Assembly: GCA_040349255.1 (NCBI GenBank)
Contig: JBEQUE010000051.1
Span: 1,599 to 65,598 of the forward strand
Direction: 5' to 3'
Origin: Acidobacteriota bacterium
Lineage (GTDB): Bacteria > Acidobacteriota > Thermoanaerobaculia > Multivoradales > UBA5704
Length of the DNA: 64,000 nt
Shown here: positions 30,030 through 39,492 of the stretch, in pieces
Layout: the number at the start of each line of letters is the position of its first letter
Numbering within the stretch: the first letter of the stretch is position 1
The notes under the pieces: model-generated
What the model was told of the DNA's origin: nothing
The model's database searches: none
Seen by the model: the letters and a program-made list of their open reading frames with translations, nothing else
Made by a program: the position numbers and the translations under genes

Positions 30030-30383
30030 TTAGCGATCCAACTGCTCGACCAGTTTCTTCGGAGCCACGGTCCGGTAGGCGTCCACGACCAGGTCCGCGA
30101 TCTGATCCCAATCGACCGTCACGTCGAGCCTCACGCCGATCCAGCCCCGGTACCCCACGTAAGGCGGAACGAAGAAGCGTTCCGGGTCCGTGCCGACCAG
30201 GATCTCCTGGGCACCGTCCGGCGCGGCGCACCAGAAGGCCAGGATGTCGTTGTGATGGTGATTCGCGTACATCACGAACGTCTTCTTGCCGCGCACGAAC
30301 CAGGTCGGCTCGCCATGGCTGAGCCGCTCGGTCGCTTCAGGCAGGGCGAGGCAGAGCGCCCGGAGGCGTTCCAAGGGGTCCAT
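30030..30383 (-). CDS. MmcQ/YjbR family protein
   Basis: LCLALPEATERLSHGEPTW..FFVPPYVGYRGWIG..DAYR. Confidence 0.85.
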   Translation of the reverse strand: MDPLERLRALCLALPEATERLSHGEPTWFVRGKKTFVMYANHHHNDILAFWCAAPDGAQEILVGTDPERFFVPPYVGYRGWIGVRLDVTVDWDQIADLVVDAYRTVAPKKLVEQLDR

Positions 30384-30469
30384 GGGGATGGAGTATAGCC
30401 TGCCAGTTGCCTCCCTGCTGTGGTATAGTAGGTAGACGACGAAATCAGTAGCTGTTTCGGAGATTCGAG

Positions 30470-30682
30470 ATGAAATACCGCGTTTTGATCGAAGAGGACG
30501 AGGATGGAATCTTCGTGGCGGAGGTACCGTCCTTGCCGGGTTGCATCTCGCAGGGCCGTACCCGCAATGAAGCCATCGAGAATGCCAAAGAAGCTATCGC
30601 AGCCTATCTCGAGAGCCTCGAAGCCCACGGCGAGCCTATTCCGCCGTCGATCTCGGAAGAGGTGGTCGAGGTCCAGGCTTGA
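30470..30682 (+). CDS. hicB: HicB-family antitoxin (short, no DNA-binding domain)
   Basis: EDGIFVAEVPSLPGCISQGRTRNEAIENAKEAI. Confidence 0.9.
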   Translation: MKYRVLIEEDEDGIFVAEVPSLPGCISQGRTRNEAIENAKEAIAAYLESLEAHGEPIPPSISEEVVEVQA

Positions 30683-30903
30683 GCAAGCTGCCTCTCGTCT
30701 CCGGGCGAGAGGCCGTCAGAGCCTTGGCAAAGATCGGGTATGAGAGAGATCGTCAGAGAGGCAGCCACATCGTCCTTCGACAGGTGGCGGAGCCTCACAG
30801 GCGTCTTACTGTTCCAGATCACGACGAGATCGCCAAGGGCACCTTGCGCTCCATCATCCGGGAGAGTGGCCTCACGGTTGAGGAGTTTGTAGACCTGCTT
30901 TGA
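30679..30903 (+). CDS. hicA: HicA-family mRNase toxin
   Basis: RQRGSHIVL..TVPDH.EIAKGTLRSII; TTGA overlap with hicB. Confidence 0.9.
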   Translation: MSKLPLVSGREAVRALAKIGYERDRQRGSHIVLRQVAEPHRRLTVPDHDEIAKGTLRSIIRESGLTVEEFVDLL

Positions 30904-30933
30904 TCTTGGAGAGCCGCTCCAGCGGCTCCAGGA

Positions 30934-32616
30934 TCACGCCCCCACCGCCACCGCCCCACCCCGCTTCTCACCCCTGACCTTCATCAGCGCCGCGACGGCC
31001 AGGTAGAGCGCCAGGAGGATCAGCAGGAGCGCCGCCACGCCGTTCAGCAGCTCGACGTCGAAGCCCTTCGTGGCCATCAGGTTCAGCCAGGTCAGCTTGC
31101 CCAGGGCCCAGAGGGTGATCGTCAGGACGAAGATCATCGGCAGCAGGGTGAAGGCAATGCGCTTCCTCGCCTGGTACAGCCAGACGGTCACCGAGAGCAG
31201 GGTCAGAGCGGCCAGGAGCTGGTTCGAGGCTCCGAAGAGCGTCCAGAACTTCTGCCACATCCCCTCTCCCGCGAAGGAGAGGAGCGCCATCGGCGCCACC
31301 ACGGTCAGCACCGTGCCGATGATCGCGCCGGCCGTTCCCTTCATCCCGAACAGCTCCTGGAGAAGGTAGCGGCCCAGGCGGGTCGAGACGTCCAGGGTGT
31401 CGAAGACGAAGGTCGAGAAGGCCATCGCTCCGAAGGTGATCGCGAACGGCAGGTTCTTCTCGCCGATCAGCAGGGTCAGGAAGTGCCCGATGCCATTGCC
31501 GTAGATCGTCCCCGGCGCCAGTCCCTTGGCCTGGTCCGGCATCATGATCATGATCGTCACCAGCGCGATCAGCGCCACGAAGCCCTCGGCCAGCATGGCG
31601 CCGTAGCCCACCGGTTGGAGGTGCGACTCGCGGTCGACCTGCTTCGAGGTCGTGCCCGAGCACACCAGACCGTGGAAACCCGAACAGGCGCCGCAGGCGA
31701 TGGTCACGAAGAGGAACGGGAAGAGCGTGCCGGTCATCCCGCCCATGTCCCACGACTTGAAGGACGGCTGGTGCACCTCGTAGCCGCCGAAAAACACGCC
31801 GATCACCCCGAGCGCCAGGGCCGCGTAGAGGATGAAGCCGCCGAGGTAGCCGCGCGGCTGGAGCAGCAGCCAGATCGGCAGCAGCGACGCCACTCCGCAG
31901 TAGATCAGGATGGCCGTCGACCACTGGCTCACCCCGAGTTGGAAGGAGTCGGCCACGTACGTCCCGGCCCAGGCCGAGAGGAAGCTCAGCGGCACGAAGA
32001 CGACCGTCACCAGCCAGAGCGGCGGGTTCCAGAGCTTCTGCACGATCCCGAGCACGATGGCGAGCACCAGGTAGAAGAGGCTCGCCGCCGCCACCGCGCC
32101 GCCCGGATGGAAGTCGAACGTGCCGGCCGCCAGCTCCTCGGTGCCGACCACGAAGGTACGGGACGTGATGTCCGCGAAGGCCACGATGACGTAGACCAGC
32201 GCGATCCAGATGAAGGCCATCATGGCGAGGCCGGCCTTGCGGCCCAGGTGCTCGCCCGCGATCTCGGCGATCGAGGTCCCGCCGTGCCGCACCGAGGCGG
32301 TCAGGCTGGAGAAGTCGTGGACCGCGCCGATGAACACCACGCCGAGCGAGATCCAGAGCAGGCACGGCAGCCAGCCGAACGCCTGGCAGGCGATGATGGG
32401 GCCGGCGATGGGTCCGGCCGCCGCAATGGCCGAGAAGTGCTGAGCGAAGAGATAGAAAGGCCGCGTCGGGACGAAGTCGACCCCGTCGTTGACCTGGTGC
32501 GCCGGGGTCACCCGGCTGTCGTCGATGGAGAACTGGCGCGCCACCCAGCCGCCGTAGAGGCGGTAGGCGGCGACCAGCAGCACCAGGAAGACCAGCGCGA
32601 GGACGGCGAGGCTCAT
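30934..32616 (-). CDS. cstA: Carbon starvation protein A (peptide/pyruvate transporter)
   Basis: TPAHQVNDGVDFVP, HFSAIAAAGPIAGP, IACGACSGFH, FGASNQL. Confidence 0.92.
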   Translation of the reverse strand: MSLAVLALVFLVLLVAAYRLYGGWVARQFSIDDSRVTPAHQVNDGVDFVPTRPFYLFAQHFSAIAAAGPIAGPIIACQAFGWLPCLLWISLGVVFIGAVHDFSSLTASVRHGGTSIAEIAGEHLGRKAGLAMMAFIWIALVYVIVAFADITSRTFVVGTEELAAGTFDFHPGGAVAAASLFYLVLAIVLGIVQKLWNPPLWLVTVVFVPLSFLSAWAGTYVADSFQLGVSQWSTAILIYCGVASLLPIWLLLQPRGYLGGFILYAALALGVIGVFFGGYEVHQPSFKSWDMGGMTGTLFPFLFVTIACGACSGFHGLVCSGTTSKQVDRESHLQPVGYGAMLAEGFVALIALVTIMIMMPDQAKGLAPGTIYGNGIGHFLTLLIGEKNLPFAITFGAMAFSTFVFDTLDVSTRLGRYLLQELFGMKGTAGAIIGTVLTVVAPMALLSFAGEGMWQKFWTLFGASNQLLAALTLLSVTVWLYQARKRIAFTLLPMIFVLTITLWALGKLTWLNLMATKGFDVELLNGVAALLLILLALYLAVAALMKVRGEKRGGAVAVGA

Positions 32617-34343
32617 GCCTCGGCCTCCCTGCCTCTCATCATGAGGCCGAGCACGCCCGCGAGGATTCCGGCCACGATCAGGGCCAGGCCCCACAGGGCG
32701 CGCCCATGGTCGGCGCCCGCCGCGTTCGTCGCCTCTTCGAGCAGGCGGCCGGGCCCGGCGTCGTGCGGGATGACGAACATGCCGAGCGCAGCCAGGAAGA
32801 AGCCGGACGCGGAGAGCTTCTGCGGGAACAGGGCCCGCTCCGGCCGGCCCACCCCGCGGCCGACCGTGCTGTGGTTGTAGCCGTAGCCGACGTAGACCGA
32901 CATGCCCAGCACCAGCCAGCCGATGAACCGCCACCAGGAGGCCGGCGGCAGGTAGATCATCAGGAACAGGCAGGAGGCCACGCCGAGCATCGGCAGCAGC
33001 CAGGGCCCGAACGGCACGCGGAACGGCCGCGGCCGGTGGGGATCCGTGTAGCGCAGGATCGTGATGCCGACGCACACCAGCACGAACGCGAAGAGGGTGC
33101 CGATGTTGGTCAGGTCGACCATCTCGTCGATGCTTGCCACGCCCGCGAAGCCGCCGACCAGGACGCCGGTGAGGATGGTCGTGACGTGCGGGGTGCGGTA
33201 TTTCGGATGGACCTTGGCGAAGGACTGGGGGAGCAGGCCGTCGCGCGCCATGGAGAAGAAGATGCGGGGCTGGCCGAGCTGGAAGACGAGGAGCACGGCG
33301 GTGTGGGCGATGACCGAGCCGAGCGCGACGATGGCCGTGGCCCAGGTCTGGTGCGGCGCCACGTGGTCGAGGGCCATGGTGAGCGGCTCGGCCTGTTCGG
33401 TGGACAGGCGCCGGATCAGCTCCGGGTAGGGCAGGATGCCGGTGAAGACCGCCGCCACCACGACGTAGAACAGGGTGCAGATGACCAGCGAGGCGATGAT
33501 GCCGATCGGCAGGTTGCGGCCCGGGTTGCGGGTCTCCTCGGCCACGGTCGAGACCGCGTCGAAGCCGATGTAGGCGAAGAAGACGACGGCGGCGCCGGCG
33601 AACGTCCCCTTCCAGCCGTTGGGCTGGAAGGGGTGCCAGTTGACCTGCATCTGGGCCGGCGAGACGTAGTACAGCGCGATGCCGATGAAGAAGAGGAGGA
33701 CGAGGATCTTGACCAGCACCATCCCGGCATTGAAGCGCGCCGACTCGCGGATGCCCAGGACGAGCACGACGGTGATCAGGCCGACGATCCCCGCCGCCAG
33801 GATATTGAAGACGATCGGCACGCCGAACAGCTGCGGCGCGCTTTCGTAGAGGCCCGGGATCTTGGCCGCCGTCCGGTAGTCGGTGGCGAGCCACAAGGGG
33901 ATGTCGATGCCGACGCTATGGAGGAGGGTCCTGAAGTAGTTGCCCCAACTGATGGCCACGGCCACGTTGCCGACCGCGTACTCGATGATGAGGTCCCAGC
34001 CGATGATCCAGGCGACGAGCTCGCCGAGGGTGGCGTAGGAGTAGGTGTAGGCCGACCCGGAGATCGGCACCACCGCGGCGAACTCGGCGTAGCAGAGGGC
34101 CGTGAACGCGCAGACGACCGCGGTGATGCAGAAGGAGAGCATGAGCGAGGGACCCGCGCCCAGGCGCGAGGCGTCCCCGGCCGCGGCGGTGCCGACGGTG
34201 GCAAAGATGCCCGCGCCGATGATCGCGCCGATCCCCAGCATCGTCACCTGGAAGGCGCCCAGGTCGCGGCGGAGCGCGGGACCCGTCTCGGCCGCCGCCA
34301 TGATGTCGTCCAGCTTCTTGGTTCGGAAGAGGCCTCGCAGCAA
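32613..34343 (-). CDS. APC-family amino acid permease
   Basis: GAIIGAGIF, YAEFA, FFAYIGFD; TTG start preceded by GGAGG. Confidence 0.9.
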   Translation of the reverse strand: MLRGLFRTKKLDDIMAAAETGPALRRDLGAFQVTMLGIGAIIGAGIFATVGTAAAGDASRLGAGPSLMLSFCITAVVCAFTALCYAEFAAVVPISGSAYTYSYATLGELVAWIIGWDLIIEYAVGNVAVAISWGNYFRTLLHSVGIDIPLWLATDYRTAAKIPGLYESAPQLFGVPIVFNILAAGIVGLITVVLVLGIRESARFNAGMVLVKILVLLFFIGIALYYVSPAQMQVNWHPFQPNGWKGTFAGAAVVFFAYIGFDAVSTVAEETRNPGRNLPIGIIASLVICTLFYVVVAAVFTGILPYPELIRRLSTEQAEPLTMALDHVAPHQTWATAIVALGSVIAHTAVLLVFQLGQPRIFFSMARDGLLPQSFAKVHPKYRTPHVTTILTGVLVGGFAGVASIDEMVDLTNIGTLFAFVLVCVGITILRYTDPHRPRPFRVPFGPWLLPMLGVASCLFLMIYLPPASWWRFIGWLVLGMSVYVGYGYNHSTVGRGVGRPERALFPQKLSASGFFLAALGMFVIPHDAGPGRLLEEATNAAGADHGRALWGLALIVAGILAGVLGLMMRGREAEA

Positions 34344-34429
34344 GGGGTAACCTCCGTCTCTAGAGATACGGGTCAGGAACGGACGGGAGCATGACACGGG
34401 AGAGGCCCGCCGGCCAAGACTTCCAGGCC

Positions 34430-35512
34430 CTATTCATCTCCGAAGGCGATGCCGAGGGAGCGGGCGGTGCGGACCAGGGGGCTCGCGGGATCGACGAGCT
34501 TGATCTCGCGCACGGCCTCGTCGAGGTCCACGTCCTCGATCCGGCCGTCGGCGAGCCGGACCATGCGTCCGCAGCGGCCGGCGATCGCGAGGCGGGCGGC
34601 GGCCTCGCCGAACTGCGTGGCCAGGATGCGGTCGAAGGCCACCGGGCTGCCGCCGCGCTGCAGGTGCCCGAGGACGGTGGCCCGCACGTCGCAGCGGGTC
34701 AGGGCCTCCAGCTCGCGCACCACCCGCTGGCCGGCGCCGCCGAGGCGGACGACGCCGGTCGTCGGGTCCACCGCGTGGACGGACATCTCGCCGCCCTTCG
34801 AGGTCGCCCCCTCGGCCACGACGATCAGGGAAGAGGCCCGGCCGCGGCCCTGGCAGCGCACCACGGTCCGCGCCACGGACTCCGGGTCGTACGGGATCTC
34901 GGGGATGAGGATGACGTCGGCCGCGCCGGCGACGCCGGCGTGCAGCGCGATCCAGCCGGCGGTGCGGCCCATGACCTCCAGGACCATGACGCGGTGATGG
35001 CTCTCCGCGGTGTCGCGCAGCCGGTCCAGGGCCTCGGTGGCCACGCCGATGGCGGTCCAGAAGCCGAAGGTGTAGTCGGTCGAGGCCAGGTCGTTGTCGA
35101 TCGTCTTCGGGACGCCGACCACGTCGAGACCCAGCTTGCCCAGCTCGGAGGCGATGCGCAGCGTGCCGTCGCCGCCGATCACGATGAGAGCCTCCAGGCC
35201 GGCCTTGCGGGCGTTCTCCAGGCAGTCGGTCGAGCGGTCCACCGGCCCGTGCTCGCTCCGGCAGGCGAACGGGTTGTCCCGGTTGGTGGTGCCCAGGACG
35301 GTGCCGCCCATCCGGATCAGCTCGCGCACGTCGGGGGCGCCGAGGTGCCGGAACCGCCCCTCCAGAAGACCGGCGAATCCGTCGAGCACGCCAATGATCT
35401 CGACGTTCTCCGCGCTGTCGCCGGCCGTGCGCACCACCGCCCGCAGCACGGCGTTGAGGCCGGGCGCGTCGCCGCCGCCGGTCAGGACTCCGATCCTCTT
35501 CCGCGCGCTCAT
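34430..35512 (-). CDS. pfkA: 6-phosphofructokinase (GGDG / PKTIDND type, probably ATP-dependent)
   Basis: TGGGDAPGLN, GGDGT, PKTIDND, EVMGR, GHLQRGG. Confidence 0.93.
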   Translation of the reverse strand: MSARKRIGVLTGGGDAPGLNAVLRAVVRTAGDSAENVEIIGVLDGFAGLLEGRFRHLGAPDVRELIRMGGTVLGTTNRDNPFACRSEHGPVDRSTDCLENARKAGLEALIVIGGDGTLRIASELGKLGLDVVGVPKTIDNDLASTDYTFGFWTAIGVATEALDRLRDTAESHHRVMVLEVMGRTAGWIALHAGVAGAADVILIPEIPYDPESVARTVVRCQGRGRASSLIVVAEGATSKGGEMSVHAVDPTTGVVRLGGAGQRVVRELEALTRCDVRATVLGHLQRGGSPVAFDRILATQFGEAAARLAIAGRCGRMVRLADGRIEDVDLDEAVREIKLVDPASPLVRTARSLGIAFGDE

Positions 35513-35560
35513 GACTGGATTCTATCCTCTCCCGCCGACCCATGACCTGCGCGCATTGAG

Positions 35561-35664
35561 CTGAGATCTTGACGCCTTCATTCCGCCTGCCCAGGAATCT
35601 GATATCAAAAAACTAAGATCGAAGCACAAAGGGTCTTGACAAGATCTCAGTGTTGATCCATCAT
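35561..35664 (+). promoter_or_regulatory. Putative hsp20 promoter with repeated operator-like boxes
   Basis: TTGACA 35636, 17 nt, CATCAT; inverted repeat CTGAGATCTTG (35561) / CAAGATCTCAG (35640); related boxes at 35599 and 35613. Confidence 0.55.
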
Positions 35665-35722
35665 GTTCTCGATGACGGGCCGCCAGGCGGCCCCAAGACA
35701 AGAAGAAATGAGGAGGAAAGCC

Positions 35723-36160
35723 ATGAACAACGTGACCCGCTGGACCCCTGCCAACGCCTACCTCGCGAACCGCGAGCCTTTCTTCCGCCTGTTCGACTCG
35801 TTCTTCAACGCCGACGCCCAGGGCGAGGAGACTCGCTCGTGGGTGCCTCCGGTCGACATCCAGGAGACCGGCGACGCGTACCTCTTCCATGCCGAGCTGC
35901 CCGGCCTGACCAAGGAGGACATCCACATCACGCTGGAGAACAACGTCCTGCGGCTGAGCGGCGAGCGCAAGATCGAGAAGGACGTGAAGAAGGAGAGCTT
36001 CCACCGCGTCGAGCGGACCTACGGGACTTTCACCCGCACGTTCACGATGCCGACCCAGGTCAACTCGGAGAAGGTCGCGGCGGCGTTCGAGAACGGCGTG
36101 CTGACGGTGACCGTGCCGAAGGCCGAGCAGGCCAAGCCGCGGCGGATCGAGATCAGCTGA
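35723..36160 (+). CDS. Hsp20/alpha-crystallin small heat-shock protein
   Basis: WVPPVDIQE, AELPG, ERTYGTFTR, A.FENGVL; GAGGAGGA RBS. Confidence 0.95.
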   Translation: MNNVTRWTPANAYLANREPFFRLFDSFFNADAQGEETRSWVPPVDIQETGDAYLFHAELPGLTKEDIHITLENNVLRLSGERKIEKDVKKESFHRVERTYGTFTRTFTMPTQVNSEKVAAAFENGVLTVTVPKAEQAKPRRIEIS

Positions 36161-36173
36161 GGGTTGATCCCGT

Positions 36174-36316
36174 CGGTTGATCCCATTCCCCCTCTCCCCG
36201 ACCCTCTCCCCCGTGCCGGGGGAGAGGGAGAAAAGCCCCGCTCCGGCGGGGTTTCTTGTTTTCCGGGCGGGAGGTGGCGCCCTCTCCCGCGCAGCGGGGG
36301 AGGGACGGGGAGGGGT
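36174..36316. repeat. Composite of two REP-like palindromes in opposite orientation around a terminator-like hairpin
   Basis: 36174..36230 matches the reverse complement of 19020..19077; a second related palindrome CCCTCTCCCGCGCAGCGGGGGAGGG starts at about 36280. Confidence 0.75.
36233..36260 (+). terminator. Intrinsic terminator after hsp20
   Basis: AAGCCCCGC-TCCG-GCGGGGTTT followed by CTTGTTTT. Confidence 0.65.
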
Positions 36317-36319
36317 CTT

Positions 36320-37726
36320 CTACGCCGGGCTCTCGGCCGTCCGGTGGACCTGCTCGGTGGCAACGACCGCCGGCAGCTCCACCGTGACGGTCGTGCCCGA
36401 GCCCGGCTCGCTCTCCACCTTGACCCGTCCTCCGTGGCCGCGTGCAATGCGGTCCACGATCGCCAGGCCGAGCCCGGTCCCGCCCTTGCGCGTCGAGTAG
36501 AAGATCTCGAAGACCCGCTCCCGCTCCTCGGGCGGAATGCCGACGCCGTTGTCCTTCACCGACAGGGCCACCATCGAGCCGTGCCGCGCGGCGGCCAGCT
36601 CCAGCACGGGCGTGCGGCCGGTCTCCTCGGTGGCCGCGAGGGCGTTCTGGGCGAGGTTCAGCAGGAGCTGGTTGATCTGCCCGGGGTCCACCCTCACCCG
36701 CGCGCCGCCGGTCGCGTCGCGCACCTCCACCCGCGCGCCACGCTTCTGGATCTCGCCGGCCAGGATCTCCCGCACTCTCTCCAGGGGCCGGACCGCCGGC
36801 ATCTCTTCCATCTCCAACGGACGGGGCTTGGCGTACGCCAGGAAGTCGCTGACCAGGCGCTCCAGCCGGCTCAGCTCCGAGCGGGTGATCGCGAGAAGAC
36901 GCTTCCCTGTCGGGGCGGACCCGCCCTCCACGATCTCCTCTTCCAGCATCTGCATGTTGAGGTTGAGCGAGTTGAGCGGGTTGCGGATCTCGTGCGCCAG
37001 GCCCGAGGCCAGGGTGCCGATGTAGGCCATGCGCTCGGCCTCGGCCGCCTGCAGCTCCAGGCGGCGCGAGCGCTGCAGCAGCATCCAGACCGCGGTGAGC
37101 GCGGTCAGCAGCAGCGCCATCGAGACCACGCCGATCACCACCGCCTGGCGGAACAGCTCCTTGCGCAGCACCTCGATCCGCTTCGAGAGCTCCACCGGGC
37201 TCAGGCCGATCCGCAGGTAGCCGATGTTGTCGCCGATCGGCACCTCGATGTCCGGCACCTCGAACGGGATGGTCGTGTCCTTGACGATCGTCTGGACGCC
37301 GGGGAGCTCCGGGTTGTCGACCCGCAGCTCGGGCGAGATCGGAGGCGTCGGCGTCCCGGCGGGCACCGCGGGCCGGGCCCGGCTCTGGCCCTCGAAGACG
37401 AGCACGCCCTTGCTGTCGTGGATCTCGACCTTGCGGACGATCTCGCGCTCCCGCAGGATCGAGTCGATGTAGGTCTGGGTCTCGCGCTCCACGGCCACGG
37501 CCGTATAGAGGTCCTTGCCCTGCTTCTCGGCCCGGCGGGCGATTTGCTTGGCGAGCCCCTCGGCCTCGGTCCGGGTCTCCAGCAGCACGCGCTCGATCTC
37601 GCGCTGCGAGAGCGAGCGGAAGATCAGCCAGCCGAACAGGGCGATGTCGAACAGGACGAACAGCCCGAAGACCAGGAAACCCGCCAGCAGGCGGCGCGAC
37701 AGCGCCTGGTTCGAAGCCCTGTTCAT
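36320..37726 (-). CDS. Membrane sensor histidine kinase with no adjacent response regulator
   Basis: Two TM helices, LAHEIRNPL, NLAQNA, DNGVG, GTGLGL. Confidence 0.9.
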   Translation of the reverse strand: MNRASNQALSRRLLAGFLVFGLFVLFDIALFGWLIFRSLSQREIERVLLETRTEAEGLAKQIARRAEKQGKDLYTAVAVERETQTYIDSILREREIVRKVEIHDSKGVLVFEGQSRARPAVPAGTPTPPISPELRVDNPELPGVQTIVKDTTIPFEVPDIEVPIGDNIGYLRIGLSPVELSKRIEVLRKELFRQAVVIGVVSMALLLTALTAVWMLLQRSRRLELQAAEAERMAYIGTLASGLAHEIRNPLNSLNLNMQMLEEEIVEGGSAPTGKRLLAITRSELSRLERLVSDFLAYAKPRPLEMEEMPAVRPLERVREILAGEIQKRGARVEVRDATGGARVRVDPGQINQLLLNLAQNALAATEETGRTPVLELAAARHGSMVALSVKDNGVGIPPEERERVFEIFYSTRKGGTGLGLAIVDRIARGHGGRVKVESEPGSGTTVTVELPAVVATEQVHRTAESPA

Positions 37727-37809
37727 GCCGGCTCCAGGATACCACCCGGCCCGTTTGACCCCCTGGAGCGAGTCGAGTAGGATTCCCGGGCCTTCCGGAG
37801 GCCCCCGAC

Positions 37810-39465
37810 ATGCTCGTCCGCTCGGCCCGAACCGCCGTCCTGCTCGCCGCCCTCCCGATCCTCGTCCTCACCGGTTGCGGCAGCCCGCGCGAAAAAGGTG
37901 AAGAAACTCCGCCGGCGTCTCCGGCCTCCGGGACACCCCAGCGCGGCGGCACGGCCGTGGTCTCCTGGATCGCCTCGCCCACCGGCGTCAACGAGCTCAC
38001 CAACCAGGGCACCGCGATCACGACGGAGATCATCCGCCAGCTCTTCCTCCAACTGGTCCAGGAGCAGCCGGACTTCGAGCAGCATCCGCCGACGATGGCG
38101 CCCCAGCTCGCCCGCTCGTTCGAATGGTCGCCCGACCACAAGGTGCTGACCTTCCACCTGCGGGAGGACGCGGTGTGGAGCGACGGCGTGCCGGTCACCG
38201 CGGACGACGTGCGCTTCACCTGGCAGGCCCAGACCGACCCCGACGTGGCCTGGAGCTCGGCCTTCATGAAGAAGAACATCCTCGACGCCGAGGTGGTGGA
38301 CCCGCACACCGTGCGCTTCCACTTCAGCCACGCCTACGCCAAGCAGGTCCAGGACGTGAACGAGGGCGTCATCCTGCCGAAGCACGCCTGGGGGAAGATC
38401 CCGTTCTCGAAGTGGCACGACAGCTCCGACTGGTTCCTCGAGAACCTGGTCGTCGACGGCCCGTTCACGATCGGCTCCTGGCAGCCGCAGCAGGACGTGG
38501 TGCTGGTGCGCAACGAGCGCTACTGGCGCAAGGACCGGCCCTACCTCGACAAGGTGGTGATCCGCAACACGCCCGACGCCGCGAGCCAGATGACCCAGCT
38601 CTTCAGCGGCGACACCGACTTCATTCCCCAGGTGCAGCCCGGCGACATCGCGCGGATCAAGGCCGATCCCCGCCTGGACGTGATCGGCTACTGGTTCCGG
38701 CTCTACGTCAGCCTGGTCTGGAACTCCCACAACCCGCTGTTCGCCGACCCCGAGGTGCGCCGCGCGCTCACCATGGCGATCGACCGGCAGAAGATCGTGG
38801 ACACCGTGTACCCCGACGGCACCGGCCGCGTGGGAGTCTCCCCGATCGTGCAGAGCGTCTGGGCGTTCGACCAGACGCTCAAGCCGCTCCCCTACGACCC
38901 GGCCGGGGCGCGCCGCATCCTCGAATCCAAGGGGTGGAAGGACACCGACGGCGACGGCATCCTCGACAAGGGCGGCAAGCCGTTCGCCTTCACTCTGATC
39001 AGCAACGCCGGCAACCAGCAGCGCAACGACGCCGGGGTGATGGTCCAGGACCAGCTCAGGAAGGTCGGCATCCGGGCGGAGCCCCGGGTGGTGGAGTTCA
39101 ACAGCCTGGTCAGCCAGGCCGTCGAGGGGAAGTTCGAAGCGATGATCTTCGGCTTCCAGATGGACACCAGCCTCGACATGACCGCCCAGTTCGGCAGCAA
39201 GTCGACCGAGGACGGGAACTTCGGCTCCTACAACAACCCCGAATTCGACCGCCTGATGGTCGAGGCCATGTCCAAGCCGGACATCCGCGACTCCAAGCCG
39301 ATCCTCGACCGCATCCAGCAGATCCTCCACCGCGACCAGCCCGTGACCTTCCTCTGGGAGTCGCAGCGGCTGAGCGTGGTCAACCGCCGGATCCACGACG
39401 TGAAGCCGAACGTCCTCTTCTCGCTCTTCAACCTGGAAGACTGGTGGGCCGGGCCGGCCCGCTGA
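37810..39465 (+). CDS. Peptide/nickel ABC transporter substrate-binding lipoprotein (family 5)
   Basis: Lipobox LTGC; LREDAVWSDGVPVTADDVRFT; GPF. Confidence 0.9.
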   Translation: MLVRSARTAVLLAALPILVLTGCGSPREKGEETPPASPASGTPQRGGTAVVSWIASPTGVNELTNQGTAITTEIIRQLFLQLVQEQPDFEQHPPTMAPQLARSFEWSPDHKVLTFHLREDAVWSDGVPVTADDVRFTWQAQTDPDVAWSSAFMKKNILDAEVVDPHTVRFHFSHAYAKQVQDVNEGVILPKHAWGKIPFSKWHDSSDWFLENLVVDGPFTIGSWQPQQDVVLVRNERYWRKDRPYLDKVVIRNTPDAASQMTQLFSGDTDFIPQVQPGDIARIKADPRLDVIGYWFRLYVSLVWNSHNPLFADPEVRRALTMAIDRQKIVDTVYPDGTGRVGVSPIVQSVWAFDQTLKPLPYDPAGARRILESKGWKDTDGDGILDKGGKPFAFTLISNAGNQQRNDAGVMVQDQLRKVGIRAEPRVVEFNSLVSQAVEGKFEAMIFGFQMDTSLDMTAQFGSKSTEDGNFGSYNNPEFDRLMVEAMSKPDIRDSKPILDRIQQILHRDQPVTFLWESQRLSVVNRRIHDVKPNVLFSLFNLEDWWAGPAR

Positions 39466-39492
39466 TCCAGGGCTGACCGGAGCCGGCCGAAG

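Noticed and set aside
35520-35722. CIRCE or HAIR element upstream of hsp20
   Set aside because: Neither consensus is present; the different motif seen is reported as a finding.
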